Below, in pieces: positions 10,228 through 20,959 of a stretch of DNA of 64,000 nt. The DNA comes from Candidatus Obscuribacterales bacterium (GTDB taxonomy: Bacteria; Cyanobacteriota; Vampirovibrionia; Obscuribacterales; Obscuribacteraceae): NCBI GenBank assembly GCA_965228855.1, contig CBDDIJ010000005.1, positions 1,088,001-1,152,000 on the forward strand, read 5' to 3'. The notes under the pieces are model-generated. The model was not told the DNA's origin. It made no database searches and saw nothing but the letters and a program-made list of their open reading frames with translations. Every line of letters starts with the position of its first letter. Position 1 is the first letter of the stretch. A program made the position numbers and the translations under genes.

Positions 10228-11331
10228 TCAGATTTCGCCGTATGTGAAGAATGGATGAATCGGATCTTCGTCACGAACATCCACTTCCAGCAAATCGGGG
10301 GCGCCTTTAGTCTTACTTAAGAAGATTGCGCCCGTTTTTTTCTTTACCGCCGTGCTCAATTTACTCGGGCTCGCTACATGCGGCTTGACCGTCACGCTTA
10401 ACCTCAAAATATGTTGATCGCCGCTTCCGTCTTTCGCAATAAGTTCCTTTAGCAAACCCGACTGAAGATCGTATGTATTTACTCGATAACCGTATATGGT
10501 GGCACGCGAAGAGTCTGGAGGGACAACATTTCCTTTCTCATCGACCAGACAAATTTCGCCTGATGTCAGTGGTGTCTCATCGTCGAGTTGCGCTTTTACA
10601 AACAGCTTCTTTGCGGAGTGAACGGCTTGCAGAGTCGCCGAGACTTTCCCCTTCTCGTCAACTGTTTTGACGTGAACAGCAGGAGCGCCCCAATCAGAAG
10701 GAGACGGCTCATCTCCCTTTATTGGCGCAGCCCAGAGTTCCAGCAAACGCTCCGAGACAGTCCCCTTGCTCGAGGCGCAATTTGTTGAAATCTCTCCGGT
10801 CATAGTGTTGACGTCCACTCTTTGATGACTGGACGGATCCAAAGCATCGTTGGACGCGGCAGTGAAACCGATCAAAACGAAGCGCCCATCGCGAATTTGA
10901 TACTTATGCCAGTACTCATAACGTTCTCTGGAGCCGCCATAATGATTAACTATGAGAACGCCCTTCTTTATCTCAACTTGAGGAACTCCACCAGAAGGAC
11001 CAAAACCGAGCATGGTCGTTTTATCGCTTTCGACAATTTTCTCAAAAGTATTGCCGCGCTTCAGCGCAACAATGAGCTTACGGTGTGCTGCCGACATTCC
11101 CCCCTGGGCATCAATTGACAAAATCATGGCTACATCCGGCCGCCCATCCTTGTTCAGGTCTCCGACGGCTTCTGAATCGACCACCCAGGGTTCCGTCACG
11201 AACCCTGCTGGTTTACTCGCCTTGCCTGGAATCGGCGGAGCGCCTTCCTCAGCGGCAAATGACGGCAAGTAAACGGAAGCGGCCGTACAAAGCAAAGTAG
11301 CTAAGGCAAACTGAAGTTTTTGCTTCGGCAT
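10228..11331 (-). CDS. Secreted hypothetical protein with FG-GAP-like motif
   Basis: Signal peptide ending PSFA; GDLNKDGRPD motif; AAGGAG RBS. Confidence 0.6.
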   Translation of the reverse strand: MPKQKLQFALATLLCTAASVYLPSFAAEEGAPPIPGKASKPAGFVTEPWVVDSEAVGDLNKDGRPDVAMILSIDAQGGMSAAHRKLIVALKRGNTFEKIVESDKTTMLGFGPSGGVPQVEIKKGVLIVNHYGGSRERYEYWHKYQIRDGRFVLIGFTAASNDALDPSSHQRVDVNTMTGEISTNCASSKGTVSERLLELWAAPIKGDEPSPSDWGAPAVHVKTVDEKGKVSATLQAVHSAKKLFVKAQLDDETPLTSGEICLVDEKGNVVPPDSSRATIYGYRVNTYDLQSGLLKELIAKDGSGDQHILRLSVTVKPHVASPSKLSTAVKKKTGAIFLSKTKGAPDLLEVDVRDEDPIHPFFTYGEI

Positions 11332-11418
11332 GAGGTCGAGTTCTCCTTGCTCCTTATAATGCCCATAAATGTAAGGTGTATCAATCCGATTCCTGTTAGC
11401 AACTTGTTAAGAACGGAT

Positions 11419-11589
11419 GGACAAACAACTCTTTCTTCCAATTGTCTTGTTGGATTTCGTTCTGATATGTTCGAGGGGTGGCAGACAAAAAAACGCAACT
11501 GACTCGGGGGACACCCCGAAGGATCGCCAGAGGGTCACGCATCCCCTCTGGTCGATCTTTCAGTGCCACCATGCTGCCTTTGTTTGTCC
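11419..11589. ncRNA. Candidate structured non-coding element (nested stems, family unknown)
   Basis: GGACAAACAA 11419-28 / TTGTTTGTCC 11580-89; GGTGGCA 11477-83 / TGCCACC 11564-70; CTGA/TCAG; hairpins at 11504-19 and 11520-59. Confidence 0.4.
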
Positions 11590-11652
11590 TCAAATTGCGT
11601 GTGGACAAATGAACAATTTTTACCACCTGGGATTTCGCACCAAATCTGGTGC

Positions 11653-14600
11653 TTAATCCTTGATCGTAGATTTGGAAACCAAGCCATTCAACGTGTCTAC
11701 GAGACATTTGATAAACTCCTGTTCGCTCGTTTTCGACTTAGTGAAATGCGTCGTTAATCCAAGTGTCAGCTTCTTTCTCTCGTCCGGTAATAGATCCTGA
11801 GCCGTATAGACAAGGAGTGGAGTCCGTGCAGCCTTCTCATGGCGTAAAACGGTTACTACTTCGAAACCGTTTGTATTGGGCAATCCCAGATCGAGAATAA
11901 TCAAATCAGGTTCATGCTCGCGTGTGAGCTCGATAGCTTTCTGTCCGTCCGACGCTTCAAAACATTGAATGCCGGCGCCGAGCGAGAGTACGTGCTGTTT
12001 AATTATTTCACGCGTAGCATCATCATCTTCAGCTACCAGGACTCGCGCCGGACCAGCCGGGCGTTTCCTCACCGCAACTTCCACGGCGCTGAGCAAGCGT
12101 TTTTCTTCAAAAGGTTTTGAAATCCAATCGATTAACAGAGGACTGCTGAATTTGTTCTGTTCCTGCGCAGAAACTACGACGATCGGAATGTGGGTACTGC
12201 TGGATGTATGGAGCTTGTCTATAAAATCTGTACCTTTTCCGTCCGGGAGATTGATATCGAGAATGACACCATCGAACGCCTTGTCTGAAAGTGATTTTTC
12301 AGCAGCGCCGAGCGAGTCCACGTGCTGGATATCGAAACCATGGTTGGATAGATTCATACTGATCACATCAGCAATATTGGCGTCATCTTCGACAAGAAGA
12401 ACAGTTCCATGTTTAACGCCGGACGAGATCGAAACGTCCACCTTTGCCGGCGGCTCATTTGAGGGCGATACCGCTGACAGTGGCAACTCGAACCAGAATG
12501 TTGAACCGTTGCCGACCTTAGAATCAACGCCGATTCTACCCAAATGCTGTTCAACAATGGCTCGGCTAATTGCCAGTCCCAGGCCGGTTCCACCCTTCTG
12601 GCGACTATCTGAGGAATCGATCTGTTGGAACATCTGGAAGAGCCTTTTCAAATCTTCTTCACCGATTCCCGCTCCGTGGTCCAGGACTTCGATGCGGTAA
12701 ACATTTTCTTTCCTATTAGCACGGATAAGCACCTCCGAGTCCGATGGTGAGAACTTAACCGCATTTGACACCAGATTGGTGAGGACTTGAACCAGACGAT
12801 CTCTATCACCAAGAACCTTTGTTCCGTCGATAATTTCACAGCGCAGAGAAACATGAGCCTCAGACGCGAAGGCTCGCAGGTTATCCAGCGTCGATTCAAT
12901 CAGGTCAGACGGACAGAGCATTTCCAACTTTAAATCCAGCTTACCGGCTTCAATCTTTCTGATATCGAGAATGTCGTTTATTAATCGCACCAGTCGGTCG
13001 GACTCTGCTCGCCCCATCGAGACCAGTCTTTTAGCCTTCTCGGATAAATCGCCAGCCTTACCACCTTCAAGCAAACCAAAAGCGCCGCGGATGGAGGTCA
13101 GTGGAGTGCGAAGCTCGTGTGAAACGGTGGAGTAAAATTCGCTCACTCGCTTTTCCGCTTCCTTTTTCTCGGATATATCCCGACCTTCGGGTATAAGCAG
13201 AACCACCTCGCCATCATCATTTTTTATCGGCTTCAATGAAAAATCCACAGCCAGCATAATGCCATCCGGATCTGGATGTTCGGACTCGAACCGCACTAAA
13301 TCGCCTGCGGAAGCGGCTTGAATAGCCAACTTCAGCTGCTCCTGCTGTAACGCCGAATGCGACCACCAGGGTGTTTCCCAAAATGGTACTCCGATAACAT
13401 CTTCGCGTTTCTTACCTATAAACGACAGAGCTGTCTGGTTGGCCTCGATCAACGTCCCATCCGGGGTCAACAATCCAATGAACTCGAAGGTATGATCGAA
13501 AATTGCTTTAAATTTTCTTTCGCTAGCGGAGAGTGCTTTTGCAATCTCCGCTCTACTGAGAAACTGACCGAGCTGAGCGCCGACTGAAGACAAACAGCGC
13601 ATTAACATCAAATCAAAATCTCTGAGCGGTAACGTCCTGAAAAGCTCGATGACGCCTATGCAGTTATCAGCGTCGTTAATCGGTATGGCGATGATTCCGT
13701 GAATATTATGAGCAGAAGCGACCGACGAAATTGCGCTTTCGGTAATGACCGTTATGTCTTTTACTGAGACAACTGACATTTTTTCGCAAGCTTGACCGGC
13801 GATGACGGAAGACTTCTCAAACGACAGACCTCGCAATTTGGCACCAAAATTAGTGGCATTGACGTTATGCGAACCGCTCCACGAAAATTCGCATGTAAGC
13901 TTGCTGCCGTCGTCGTCTTTCGACCAGAACTGAACCACATCCCAGGACAGTTCCTGCCCGATAATGGCGAGCGTTTCTTCAATTGCCTGGCTTCGCTCAC
14001 GACCGGAAACGAGCGCTTGTGAAACGGCAAACACGACCTGTTGAAGCTGTTGTTCGTACTCCTGACGTTTCAATAGATAGCGGACGATAAGAGTAGATAT
14101 GATGAAACCGGCTAGCGCCAGAAAGCCACACAGCATCAGCCTGCTGGTAAGTGCCTCACGCGCACTGGTCAAGGTCTGCAGGCGATCGGCTAAGAGATGT
14201 TCCTCCTCATTTTTCAGTTGAGCGATACCGGTGCGAACACGCTCCATGTACTCTCGGTCGTAGGATTCCGTCAGTAAATTGACTACTGCAGGATCGACAT
14301 TCGGGTGCGCTTTCAAAATACGCTCAAGACTGGCAAATTTGGACCTGACTACTGGCCTCAGTTGCTTCAATCTTGACTGTTGAAGTGGATTGTCGACAGT
14401 CAACTCACTCGATTTATCGAGAGCTGTGAGTGCTCGGGCTTCCGTTCCCTCGAAGTCATCAAGGTAACGCTGGTTACGCGTCAACAACAATCCATAAGCT
14501 GCGCTCTGAGCATCATTGGGAGCAGCCACGACTTTGTCGAGTTCGCGCATTACTTCATAGGTATGCAACACCCATTTGCGTGCCTCGTAGAGTTTCTGCG

Positions 14601-14736
14601 AGTGGTCCCAAGTGCTGAAACCGGCTGCGAAAAGGATGAGAAACAGAAACCCTACGCAGCCTGAAAGGACGGAATTAAAACGTGCCCGCGCTTGTCGGGG
14701 CGAGTACAAATTCGAGCTGGGTTCGAACGTTTGCAT
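11653..14736 (-). CDS. Hybrid sensor histidine kinase (CHASE3-GAF-PAS-HisKA-HATPase-REC-REC)
   Basis: Two TMs flanking CHASE3-like WVLHTYEV..DNPLQQSRL; PAS GVPFWETPWW; H-box SHELRTPLTSI; N/G boxes; two C-terminal REC domains. Confidence 0.9.
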   Translation of the reverse strand: MQTFEPSSNLYSPRQARARFNSVLSGCVGFLFLILFAAGFSTWDHSQKLYEARKWVLHTYEVMRELDKVVAAPNDAQSAAYGLLLTRNQRYLDDFEGTEARALTALDKSSELTVDNPLQQSRLKQLRPVVRSKFASLERILKAHPNVDPAVVNLLTESYDREYMERVRTGIAQLKNEEEHLLADRLQTLTSAREALTSRLMLCGFLALAGFIISTLIVRYLLKRQEYEQQLQQVVFAVSQALVSGRERSQAIEETLAIIGQELSWDVVQFWSKDDDGSKLTCEFSWSGSHNVNATNFGAKLRGLSFEKSSVIAGQACEKMSVVSVKDITVITESAISSVASAHNIHGIIAIPINDADNCIGVIELFRTLPLRDFDLMLMRCLSSVGAQLGQFLSRAEIAKALSASERKFKAIFDHTFEFIGLLTPDGTLIEANQTALSFIGKKREDVIGVPFWETPWWSHSALQQEQLKLAIQAASAGDLVRFESEHPDPDGIMLAVDFSLKPIKNDDGEVVLLIPEGRDISEKKEAEKRVSEFYSTVSHELRTPLTSIRGAFGLLEGGKAGDLSEKAKRLVSMGRAESDRLVRLINDILDIRKIEAGKLDLKLEMLCPSDLIESTLDNLRAFASEAHVSLRCEIIDGTKVLGDRDRLVQVLTNLVSNAVKFSPSDSEVLIRANRKENVYRIEVLDHGAGIGEEDLKRLFQMFQQIDSSDSRQKGGTGLGLAISRAIVEQHLGRIGVDSKVGNGSTFWFELPLSAVSPSNEPPAKVDVSISSGVKHGTVLLVEDDANIADVISMNLSNHGFDIQHVDSLGAAEKSLSDKAFDGVILDINLPDGKGTDFIDKLHTSSSTHIPIVVVSAQEQNKFSSPLLIDWISKPFEEKRLLSAVEVAVRKRPAGPARVLVAEDDDATREIIKQHVLSLGAGIQCFEASDGQKAIELTREHEPDLIILDLGLPNTNGFEVVTVLRHEKAARTPLLVYTAQDLLPDERKKLTLGLTTHFTKSKTSEQEFIKCLVDTLNGLVSKSTIKD

Positions 14737-14821
14737 TCAGGTTTGTTTTACTTGAGCGATAGGAACTCAGGCACGCGGATAGCGTGCAGCATACTCTGAT
14801 TATTACTCTAGCAACAAGCAA

Positions 14822-14839
14822 TCCAACAACGCTGTTGGA
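14822..14839 (-). terminator. Possible intrinsic terminator after fumarase
   Basis: TCCAACA-ACGC-TGTTGGA hairpin about 15 nt past the stop codon; weak U-tract. Confidence 0.35.
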
Positions 14840-14853
14840 AGCAAGCGATAATT

Positions 14854-16491
14854 CTATTTAGCTGTTAGCGCGACACGTTTTTCCGCAATTGTGCCGTAGA
14901 AATCTTCGCCCTTGTCGTTAATAACGACAAATGCAGGAAAGTCTTCTATCTTCACTCGGAAAACTGCCTCCATGCCAAGTTCAGGATAATCGATTACTTC
15001 GACTTTCTTAATCGAGTCTTGTGCGAGTCGAGCTGCGGCACCACCTATGGTACCAAGATAGAAACCTCCATACTTTCCGCAAGAGTCTTTCACAATTTTG
15101 CCTCGGTTTCCTTTCGCAAGCGTAATGAGACTCGCTCCGCGCGACATAAGAAGGTCCGCATACGAGTCCATACGACCGGCAGTCGTGGGTCCGAAAGAAC
15201 CCGACGCGTATCCATCAGGTGTTTTTGCCGGTCCGGCATAATAAATCGGGTGTTCTCTGGTATAAGCCGGCAGTTCTTCGCCGCGCTCTAGCGCTTCCTT
15301 CCACTTAGCATGAGCGATGTCACGCGCTACGAGCAACGTGCCGGATAGCATCAGCCGAGTGCCCGACGGTAAGCCGGACATACCAGCCAAAATTTCCGAC
15401 ATCGGTTTATCCAGATCGACACGAACGGTTTCAGTGCCTAAATCTTTCGACTCTACCTCCGGCAAAAAGCGAGCGGGATCATGCTCCAGTTGTTCAAGCC
15501 AGATTCCATCAGCATCTATGCGCCCTTTGATCTGACGGTCAGCACTGCACGAGACGCCGATACCGATTGGCAGACTGGCACCGTGCCTGGGCAGACGAAC
15601 GACGCGCACATCGTGGCAGAAATATTTGCCACCGAACTGGGCGCCGATTCCCAGGTTGCGAGTGATCTCCAGAATTTGCTTTTCGAGCTCGATATCACGA
15701 AAAGCTCGACCGCTCTTGTCCCCCTCGGTCGGAAGCGAATCGAGATAGTGGCAGCTGGCCAGCTTCACCGTTTTCAGCGTCATCTCGGCAGACAATCCAC
15801 CGATGACCACAGCCAGGTGATACGGAGGACAGGCGGAGGTTCCCAATCCGGCAATCTTCTCTGTGAGCAGTTTTGTAAGCGATTCAGGGTTCAAAACCGA
15901 TTTTGTTTCCTGAAACAAAAACGTCTTGTTTGCAGAGCCGCCACCTTTGGCAATAAACAGAAACTCGTAACTATCACCCGGATCGGAATAGATTTCGACT
16001 TGTGCGGGCAGGTTACTGCCCGTGTTCGACTCCTGATACATAGAGATGGGAGCCATCTGGCTGTATCTCAAATTGCACTCGTTATAGGTTTTCTTTATGC
16101 CGTCCTGGAGCGCTATAGAGTCGTCGGTTTCGGTCCAGACCCGGTCGCCTTTGTGGGCGACGACAATGGCAGTTCCCGTGTCCTGGCACATCGGCAGCGT
16201 CCCACCGGCAGCGATGCTCGCGTTCTTCAACAATTCAAGAGCCACGAATTTGTCGTTGGACGACGCTTCCTGATCGTTCAAAATCCCGCTCAGCATCTCG
16301 AGATGGTCCGTTCTCAACAAATGGGACACGTCGGTGAAAGCGGATTTCGCCAACAAAGTCAATGCTTCAGGCTTGACCATCAGCATCTTTCCGCCTCTCC
16401 AGGATTCCTCAGAAACGTGCTCGCTACTGAGGAGACGGTATTTTGTAGTATCCTTGCCAAGTTGAAAGATGCTACCGGCGCTGTGCGACAT
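14854..16491 (-). CDS. fumA: Class I (Fe-S) fumarate hydratase
   Basis: Motifs [51 protein letters not shown]. Confidence 0.95.
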   Translation of the reverse strand: MSHSAGSIFQLGKDTTKYRLLSSEHVSEESWRGGKMLMVKPEALTLLAKSAFTDVSHLLRTDHLEMLSGILNDQEASSNDKFVALELLKNASIAAGGTLPMCQDTGTAIVVAHKGDRVWTETDDSIALQDGIKKTYNECNLRYSQMAPISMYQESNTGSNLPAQVEIYSDPGDSYEFLFIAKGGGSANKTFLFQETKSVLNPESLTKLLTEKIAGLGTSACPPYHLAVVIGGLSAEMTLKTVKLASCHYLDSLPTEGDKSGRAFRDIELEKQILEITRNLGIGAQFGGKYFCHDVRVVRLPRHGASLPIGIGVSCSADRQIKGRIDADGIWLEQLEHDPARFLPEVESKDLGTETVRVDLDKPMSEILAGMSGLPSGTRLMLSGTLLVARDIAHAKWKEALERGEELPAYTREHPIYYAGPAKTPDGYASGSFGPTTAGRMDSYADLLMSRGASLITLAKGNRGKIVKDSCGKYGGFYLGTIGGAAARLAQDSIKKVEVIDYPELGMEAVFRVKIEDFPAFVVINDKGEDFYGTIAEKRVALTAK

Positions 16492-16701
16492 AATTGCTGA
16501 CCTCTCCGATCGTGGGGGACACCCGAGCCAAACGCCTTATTTTAGCGCTTCCCGCTCCACGATTGGTTCATGTTCATTCAGATGGCGTCGAAACATTTAA
16601 CACGCAGATGAGCGCCGCTTCCGAACTCTGACTCAGTTGTACTGATTTTCAGTAAACATTCGGTGAATGCGACGCTCACCATTTCGGTTTTTGCCAGCGT
16701 G

Positions 16702-17268
16702 TCAGTTGCCATCGGGTCGCCAGTACACCCCGTTCTCGCGTGCCAGCAACTTTGCGCCGATCAGTTCTCTTCGAAGAGTCGCAAAGTCCGGATGGTGACG
16801 ACCGATGATCATATTGACTTCCTTCTCCTTGTAACGAACTCCCGTTTGAAACTTGAGCGTCAGCCAGCGCAGAATGACTTCACGCTTCTTGCGACTGGCA
16901 GGTATTTCCTTAAGTCGCTCACCGTCGAAAAAGTCAGTCAAAATCTTTCGCTCGTAGCTGTCCGAAGCAACTTCGTCGGCGATAGTTACGATTGTTTCCA
17001 TAGCCAGAACCTGCTTGGATAGCGCTCTGAGTTCTTTCGAATTCAGACTGTAGAGGTGGGATGTTCCCTCCGACCTCATCGAAACCAATCCGGCGTCTCT
17101 CAGGCGGGAGAGATGATGCGAGACTGTCGGAGCGCGCAAATCCAGCAATTCAGCCAGTTCATCCACGCTTCTCTCCTGCGATGCCAGGACTCCGACAATC
17201 TTCAATCGACTCTCATCCGAAAGTACTTTGAAAAATGCCAGGACGTTTTCCAATCTCATAGCCGCCAT
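16702..17268 (-). CDS. ArsR/SmtB-family HTH regulator fused to DUF2087-like domain
   Basis: FKVLSDESRLKI..PTVSHHLSRLRDAGLV; C-terminal IPASRKKR..EKEVN..DFATLRRELI; start moved from 17391 to ATG at 17268 behind AGGAGG. Confidence 0.88.
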   Translation of the reverse strand: MAAMRLENVLAFFKVLSDESRLKIVGVLASQERSVDELAELLDLRAPTVSHHLSRLRDAGLVSMRSEGTSHLYSLNSKELRALSKQVLAMETIVTIADEVASDSYERKILTDFFDGERLKEIPASRKKREVILRWLTLKFQTGVRYKEKEVNMIIGRHHPDFATLRRELIGAKLLARENGVYWRPDGN

Positions 17269-17347
17269 GACTTTGTCCTCCTGTTCAACTTGGCTGCTTC
17301 TTTTTGCTGCTTTCACTCCCAGCCCAGGCTCGCCTGGTTTCAGCAAT

Positions 17348-17411
17348 TTAGACGACCGTCTAATTCGATACTCATCTAATTCGATAGGCATCTAATTAGA
17401 TATATATCAAA
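17348..17411. promoter_or_regulatory. Array of four abutting 16-bp palindromic operators TTMGAY-N4-RTCWAA
   Basis: TTAGAC GACC GTCTAA / TTCGAT ACTC ATCTAA / TTCGAT AGGC ATCTAA / TTAGAT ATAT ATCAAA, directly upstream of the ArsR gene. Confidence 0.75.
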
Positions 17412-17505
17412 GTAACTCAAGAATTGCAAATGCTCAACAGCCTGGTTTATCGACCAGGCGCAACTGTTTCACACGTATCGAAAAATAATTGGAGTCGAGG
17501 AGTGA

Positions 17506-17964
17506 TTAATGCTCGGATTCGACAGCGTCAAGTTCGATGCTCAGCATGTCACTTTCAAGGTCAACAAGTCCGACAGTTTGTTCGAGGAAATTCTTGACGG
17601 AGCGCGGACCGACGGAGCCTTCCATGGTGTAGGTTCCATTTGTCAACAATTCTCCGTTATAACCAAAGGTTTTATAACGCACTCGAACGTCTTTGACCGG
17701 GACGTCATTGTAGTTGACGACTCGAATCCAGCAGATCGGGGTGTTGAATATCCAGAGACCGGACACATGCCAATCGACCAGCTCGACGTATACGTTGCGC
17801 GACAATTCGGCATTGCCTATGGTGTGCGTCGTGCAGCCAGACATGAGTGTCACGCAGGCAAGAAAAGTCGCACCAATTAAAACGGCGAAAATCCCACCTG
17901 AGCGAGCGCGACCTTTTCGTCGAAAGCCACCAAACAGCGCTGACAGTATGGCCAGAGTTCTCAT
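17506..17964 (-). CDS. Hypothetical lipoprotein (FxLYD-like beta domain)
   Basis: Hydrophobic segment ending in lipobox-like MSGC; beta-rich mature region. Confidence 0.55.
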   Translation of the reverse strand: MRTLAILSALFGGFRRKGRARSGGIFAVLIGATFLACVTLMSGCTTHTIGNAELSRNVYVELVDWHVSGLWIFNTPICWIRVVNYNDVPVKDVRVRYKTFGYNGELLTNGTYTMEGSVGPRSVKNFLEQTVGLVDLESDMLSIELDAVESEH

Positions 17965-18224
17965 ATGACTTATTTTTCGATTTAAGCTGAAGCCCCAAAG
18001 ACCCGATATTTAAGAGAAACTATGCAAAAGTCACGCATTGTAGACCAATCCGCCATGACACCTTTCACACAAACACCAGCAACATAGCCAAAAAAACTAA
18101 GTTCGAAAAGTATTGCAGCTCTGAAATTATATATGATGACTTCCAAATAGTGGTGATCATGGCAAGATCGTGAGAAAAACGGTAGTCAAGCGGGAATTGA
18201 ATTAGTAGCCCACTGGAGTGTTAA

Positions 18225-20873
18225 ATGACCGATTCGACCGAAGTAGCCAGACATACTGAGCGAGCCATAACTACCCACATGCTCGGGCAGTACATGGAAG
18301 CGGAACGCCTCTACCGCAAGGCTCTGAACGGTTTAGGTGACGAAACCAATCCCACGTACCAGGACCTTCTGACCTTGAACGTTAGACTGCTGTTCGGGAT
18401 GGGCGAATACGATAATGCTCTGAAATTAGGTCAGCAGCTGGTTAAGCTACGTGAAAAGCACTTCGGATTTCACCACCCGCAAACAGCCTCTGCTTTACGC
18501 CTTGTAGCTGAAATAAAGGCGGCGCAAGGAAATATGTCTGCCGCGCTTCTGGACATTCGGCGCGGTCTGGATATCTGGATGGATACTCTCGGGTGGCAGG
18601 CGCCTGAACCGGATCCCAACGACTTCGAGCTTCATCAGATGGGCGGTCCGCGAAACCTGCTACCGGAATTCGAGTGGATTTTCGCAGAACTGGACAAATC
18701 AGCCGCTATGGCGAGACTCACTCCGGCGCAGCAAGACGCGCGCCGTTTCACACTGGCACTTGAGATTGCCAATGCTTATTCGTGGCTGGGATTACACAAA
18801 ACTGCCAGCAGTTTATTCAGAGCAGCGGCAGGGCTGGTCGACCGTGTGCCGCCCCAGATGATATGGCAAAGTTATTGGGCTGCAAGCCAGGCCGCCCAGA
18901 GTTTCATCGCCACGGGGGAAGCCGCCACCGGAAAAAATTTCATAAATTCCCTGCTCACCGCGCTGAAATCGAAGTATGAAAATGGGACGGATGTTACGCC
19001 GCTTTTGCTCGCCACACTCGCCTCGGTAGACGAGGCTATGGGTGAGCTGCAATTTGCTCGTGCAAATTTGATGAACTCCCTAAATTTACTATGTGAAATT
19101 CACGGCGACACTCATATTCAAATTGCCCGTATTCATGTCCGGCTGGGCGAAGTCCTTCACAAGCTCGGCGACGTTCGCACTAGCGAAAATCATTTCGAAA
19201 AAGCAATCTCAATCATCGAATCATGGCACGGCACTTCTGATATTGCGCTCGTGCAGCCGCTCTATAAAAAGGGACTTATGCACAAATCGGCTCGTCAGTA
19301 TCCACAAGCCGAGAAATCTTTCGCGCGAGCCCTTGAAGTTCTCTTGCCGCGCGACCAGAGTGACGTCGACCTCGGAGCCAAGATTTTTGACGAATTATCC
19401 GCGGTCTACATGAAGCAATTTTCTTTCCAGCAGGCGCAAATAGCTCAGATGCGTGGTCTGGACATGTTGCGAGAGCACGGGCGACCGACCGACCTCTTGC
19501 TGGCGCATTGCGAAATGAACATGGCGCTGATTTATTTATCGATTGCAAAATACGTCGACGCTGAGAAGAATGCAGCGAGCGCTCTGGCAGTTTTCGAGAA
19601 ACAGACCGATCGGTCGAAATACAGAGGAGATATCGCTCTCCTTCACATTGTGCAAGCCAAAATTGAAATAGAACTCGGCAGGTTGCAGCCGGCGAGCCAG
19701 TCTTTGAGACAGGCGGAAGCGATGATTGAATCGATGCGCGACCCCGATATCGAACTGCAAAAGGAATTGCACCTCTGTCACGCAAACTTGTACATAAGCC
19801 AGGGAGCGCCGGCCAAGGCGATCACGCGTCTCAACGAGATTATTGAGCTTGATGATAGTTCCAAGTCTCCTTTGCTAAGTGAACTGTCGTTGACCGCCAT
19901 GATCGAAACTGCAAACCTGGAGCTTCTGATTGGCAAGACTGCCCGAGTGGAGGATTCGCTGCTGCGCATCGTAACTCTGGCAGAGGAAAAATCAGGTCCG
20001 CAATCGGCAGATTTATTGAGAGCGCTTACGGCCCTTGCTTCGTTTTATGTAAAACAGAAGAAGCTATCCGCAGCCGAAGCCGCTGTGGAGCGGTGCACCA
20101 GAATTGTCGACACTAATCAATACCTGCGGAAACAGCCTTTTTACGGCGTTTTCCTGATGACCTATTCCGATCTACTGATCGCAAAGAGCGCATTCGATGT
20201 GGCGACGGAGAGGCTGAAACGCGCGCTTGCTGTTTTTGAAGGTTGTTTCAGCAGCCTGCATCCGAAGTGTGCAGAAATTTGGATTAACATATCGGCTTTG
20301 CTTCTTGCGCGCGGTGTGGAAGATCAGTCCGATGAGGCAGCTCACAAAGCAGTGACCATCTGCAGCAATGCTTTCGATTGGAACCACCATGCCACGATGA
20401 AGGCGGTCGCGTATGAAGCGTTCATCTCAATAAAGCGAGAACGTTATGATGTCGCTTTGACTCTGGCGGAGAGACTCTTTCCGGCGATCAACCTGGTTCG
20501 AACTCCGGCCGACTACCGCACGGCACAGGCACTCTCCGAAGTACTGAAGAACGAGCTGGTGAACAACCGAAGCCGCAACGTGATGGCGATTCAAGAGTAT
20601 CTGGAGCGAAATCTGAAACCGCTTCTTTGTGCCTACGGTGAAGACGCGCTGGATGTTTTGACCGAGTTGATGACTTTTATTTACAAACGCGACTCAAGGC
20701 AGATGGCGGTCACCATTGGCGATACCATCGTAGACTACCTGGCAAAGCCAGACTGTTTGATAGACAATCGCAAGGGCAAATTACAGACGCTTCTGATGAA
20801 GTGCCATGACTATGCATATACGGACGAGTCGAAAGCCTTGATTGACAAGATCAATTTGCATCTGTCGCAGTAG
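18225..20873 (+). CDS. Large tetratricopeptide-repeat protein
   Basis: Repeated AERLYRKAL, HPQTASAL, AEKSFARAL and HPKCAE TPR-like units; GGAG RBS. Confidence 0.8.
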   Translation: MTDSTEVARHTERAITTHMLGQYMEAERLYRKALNGLGDETNPTYQDLLTLNVRLLFGMGEYDNALKLGQQLVKLREKHFGFHHPQTASALRLVAEIKAAQGNMSAALLDIRRGLDIWMDTLGWQAPEPDPNDFELHQMGGPRNLLPEFEWIFAELDKSAAMARLTPAQQDARRFTLALEIANAYSWLGLHKTASSLFRAAAGLVDRVPPQMIWQSYWAASQAAQSFIATGEAATGKNFINSLLTALKSKYENGTDVTPLLLATLASVDEAMGELQFARANLMNSLNLLCEIHGDTHIQIARIHVRLGEVLHKLGDVRTSENHFEKAISIIESWHGTSDIALVQPLYKKGLMHKSARQYPQAEKSFARALEVLLPRDQSDVDLGAKIFDELSAVYMKQFSFQQAQIAQMRGLDMLREHGRPTDLLLAHCEMNMALIYLSIAKYVDAEKNAASALAVFEKQTDRSKYRGDIALLHIVQAKIEIELGRLQPASQSLRQAEAMIESMRDPDIELQKELHLCHANLYISQGAPAKAITRLNEIIELDDSSKSPLLSELSLTAMIETANLELLIGKTARVEDSLLRIVTLAEEKSGPQSADLLRALTALASFYVKQKKLSAAEAAVERCTRIVDTNQYLRKQPFYGVFLMTYSDLLIAKSAFDVATERLKRALAVFEGCFSSLHPKCAEIWINISALLLARGVEDQSDEAAHKAVTICSNAFDWNHHATMKAVAYEAFISIKRERYDVALTLAERLFPAINLVRTPADYRTAQALSEVLKNELVNNRSRNVMAIQEYLERNLKPLLCAYGEDALDVLTELMTFIYKRDSRQMAVTIGDTIVDYLAKPDCLIDNRKGKLQTLLMKCHDYAYTDESKALIDKINLHLSQ

Positions 20874-20959
20874 AAAGAATTCAAGGCGTAGAGAACGGTC
20901 CAGCACAGGCGCAACCGTTCGCGAAAAACGGAGACAACGCAAACAGATTGCAGCGAACT

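Noticed and set aside
11454..11473. Resemblance to the 5' end of 6S RNA (TCTGATATGTTCG)
   Set aside because: There is no complementary 3' arm about 180 nt downstream, and the fold is branched rather than rod-like.
15481..16500. 339-aa plus-strand ORF
   Set aside because: Antisense shadow of fumarase, with no recognisable motifs.
16510..16526. GGGGGACACCC shared with the hairpin at 11504-11519
   Set aside because: Only an 11-bp match with no shared flanking structure; within chance.
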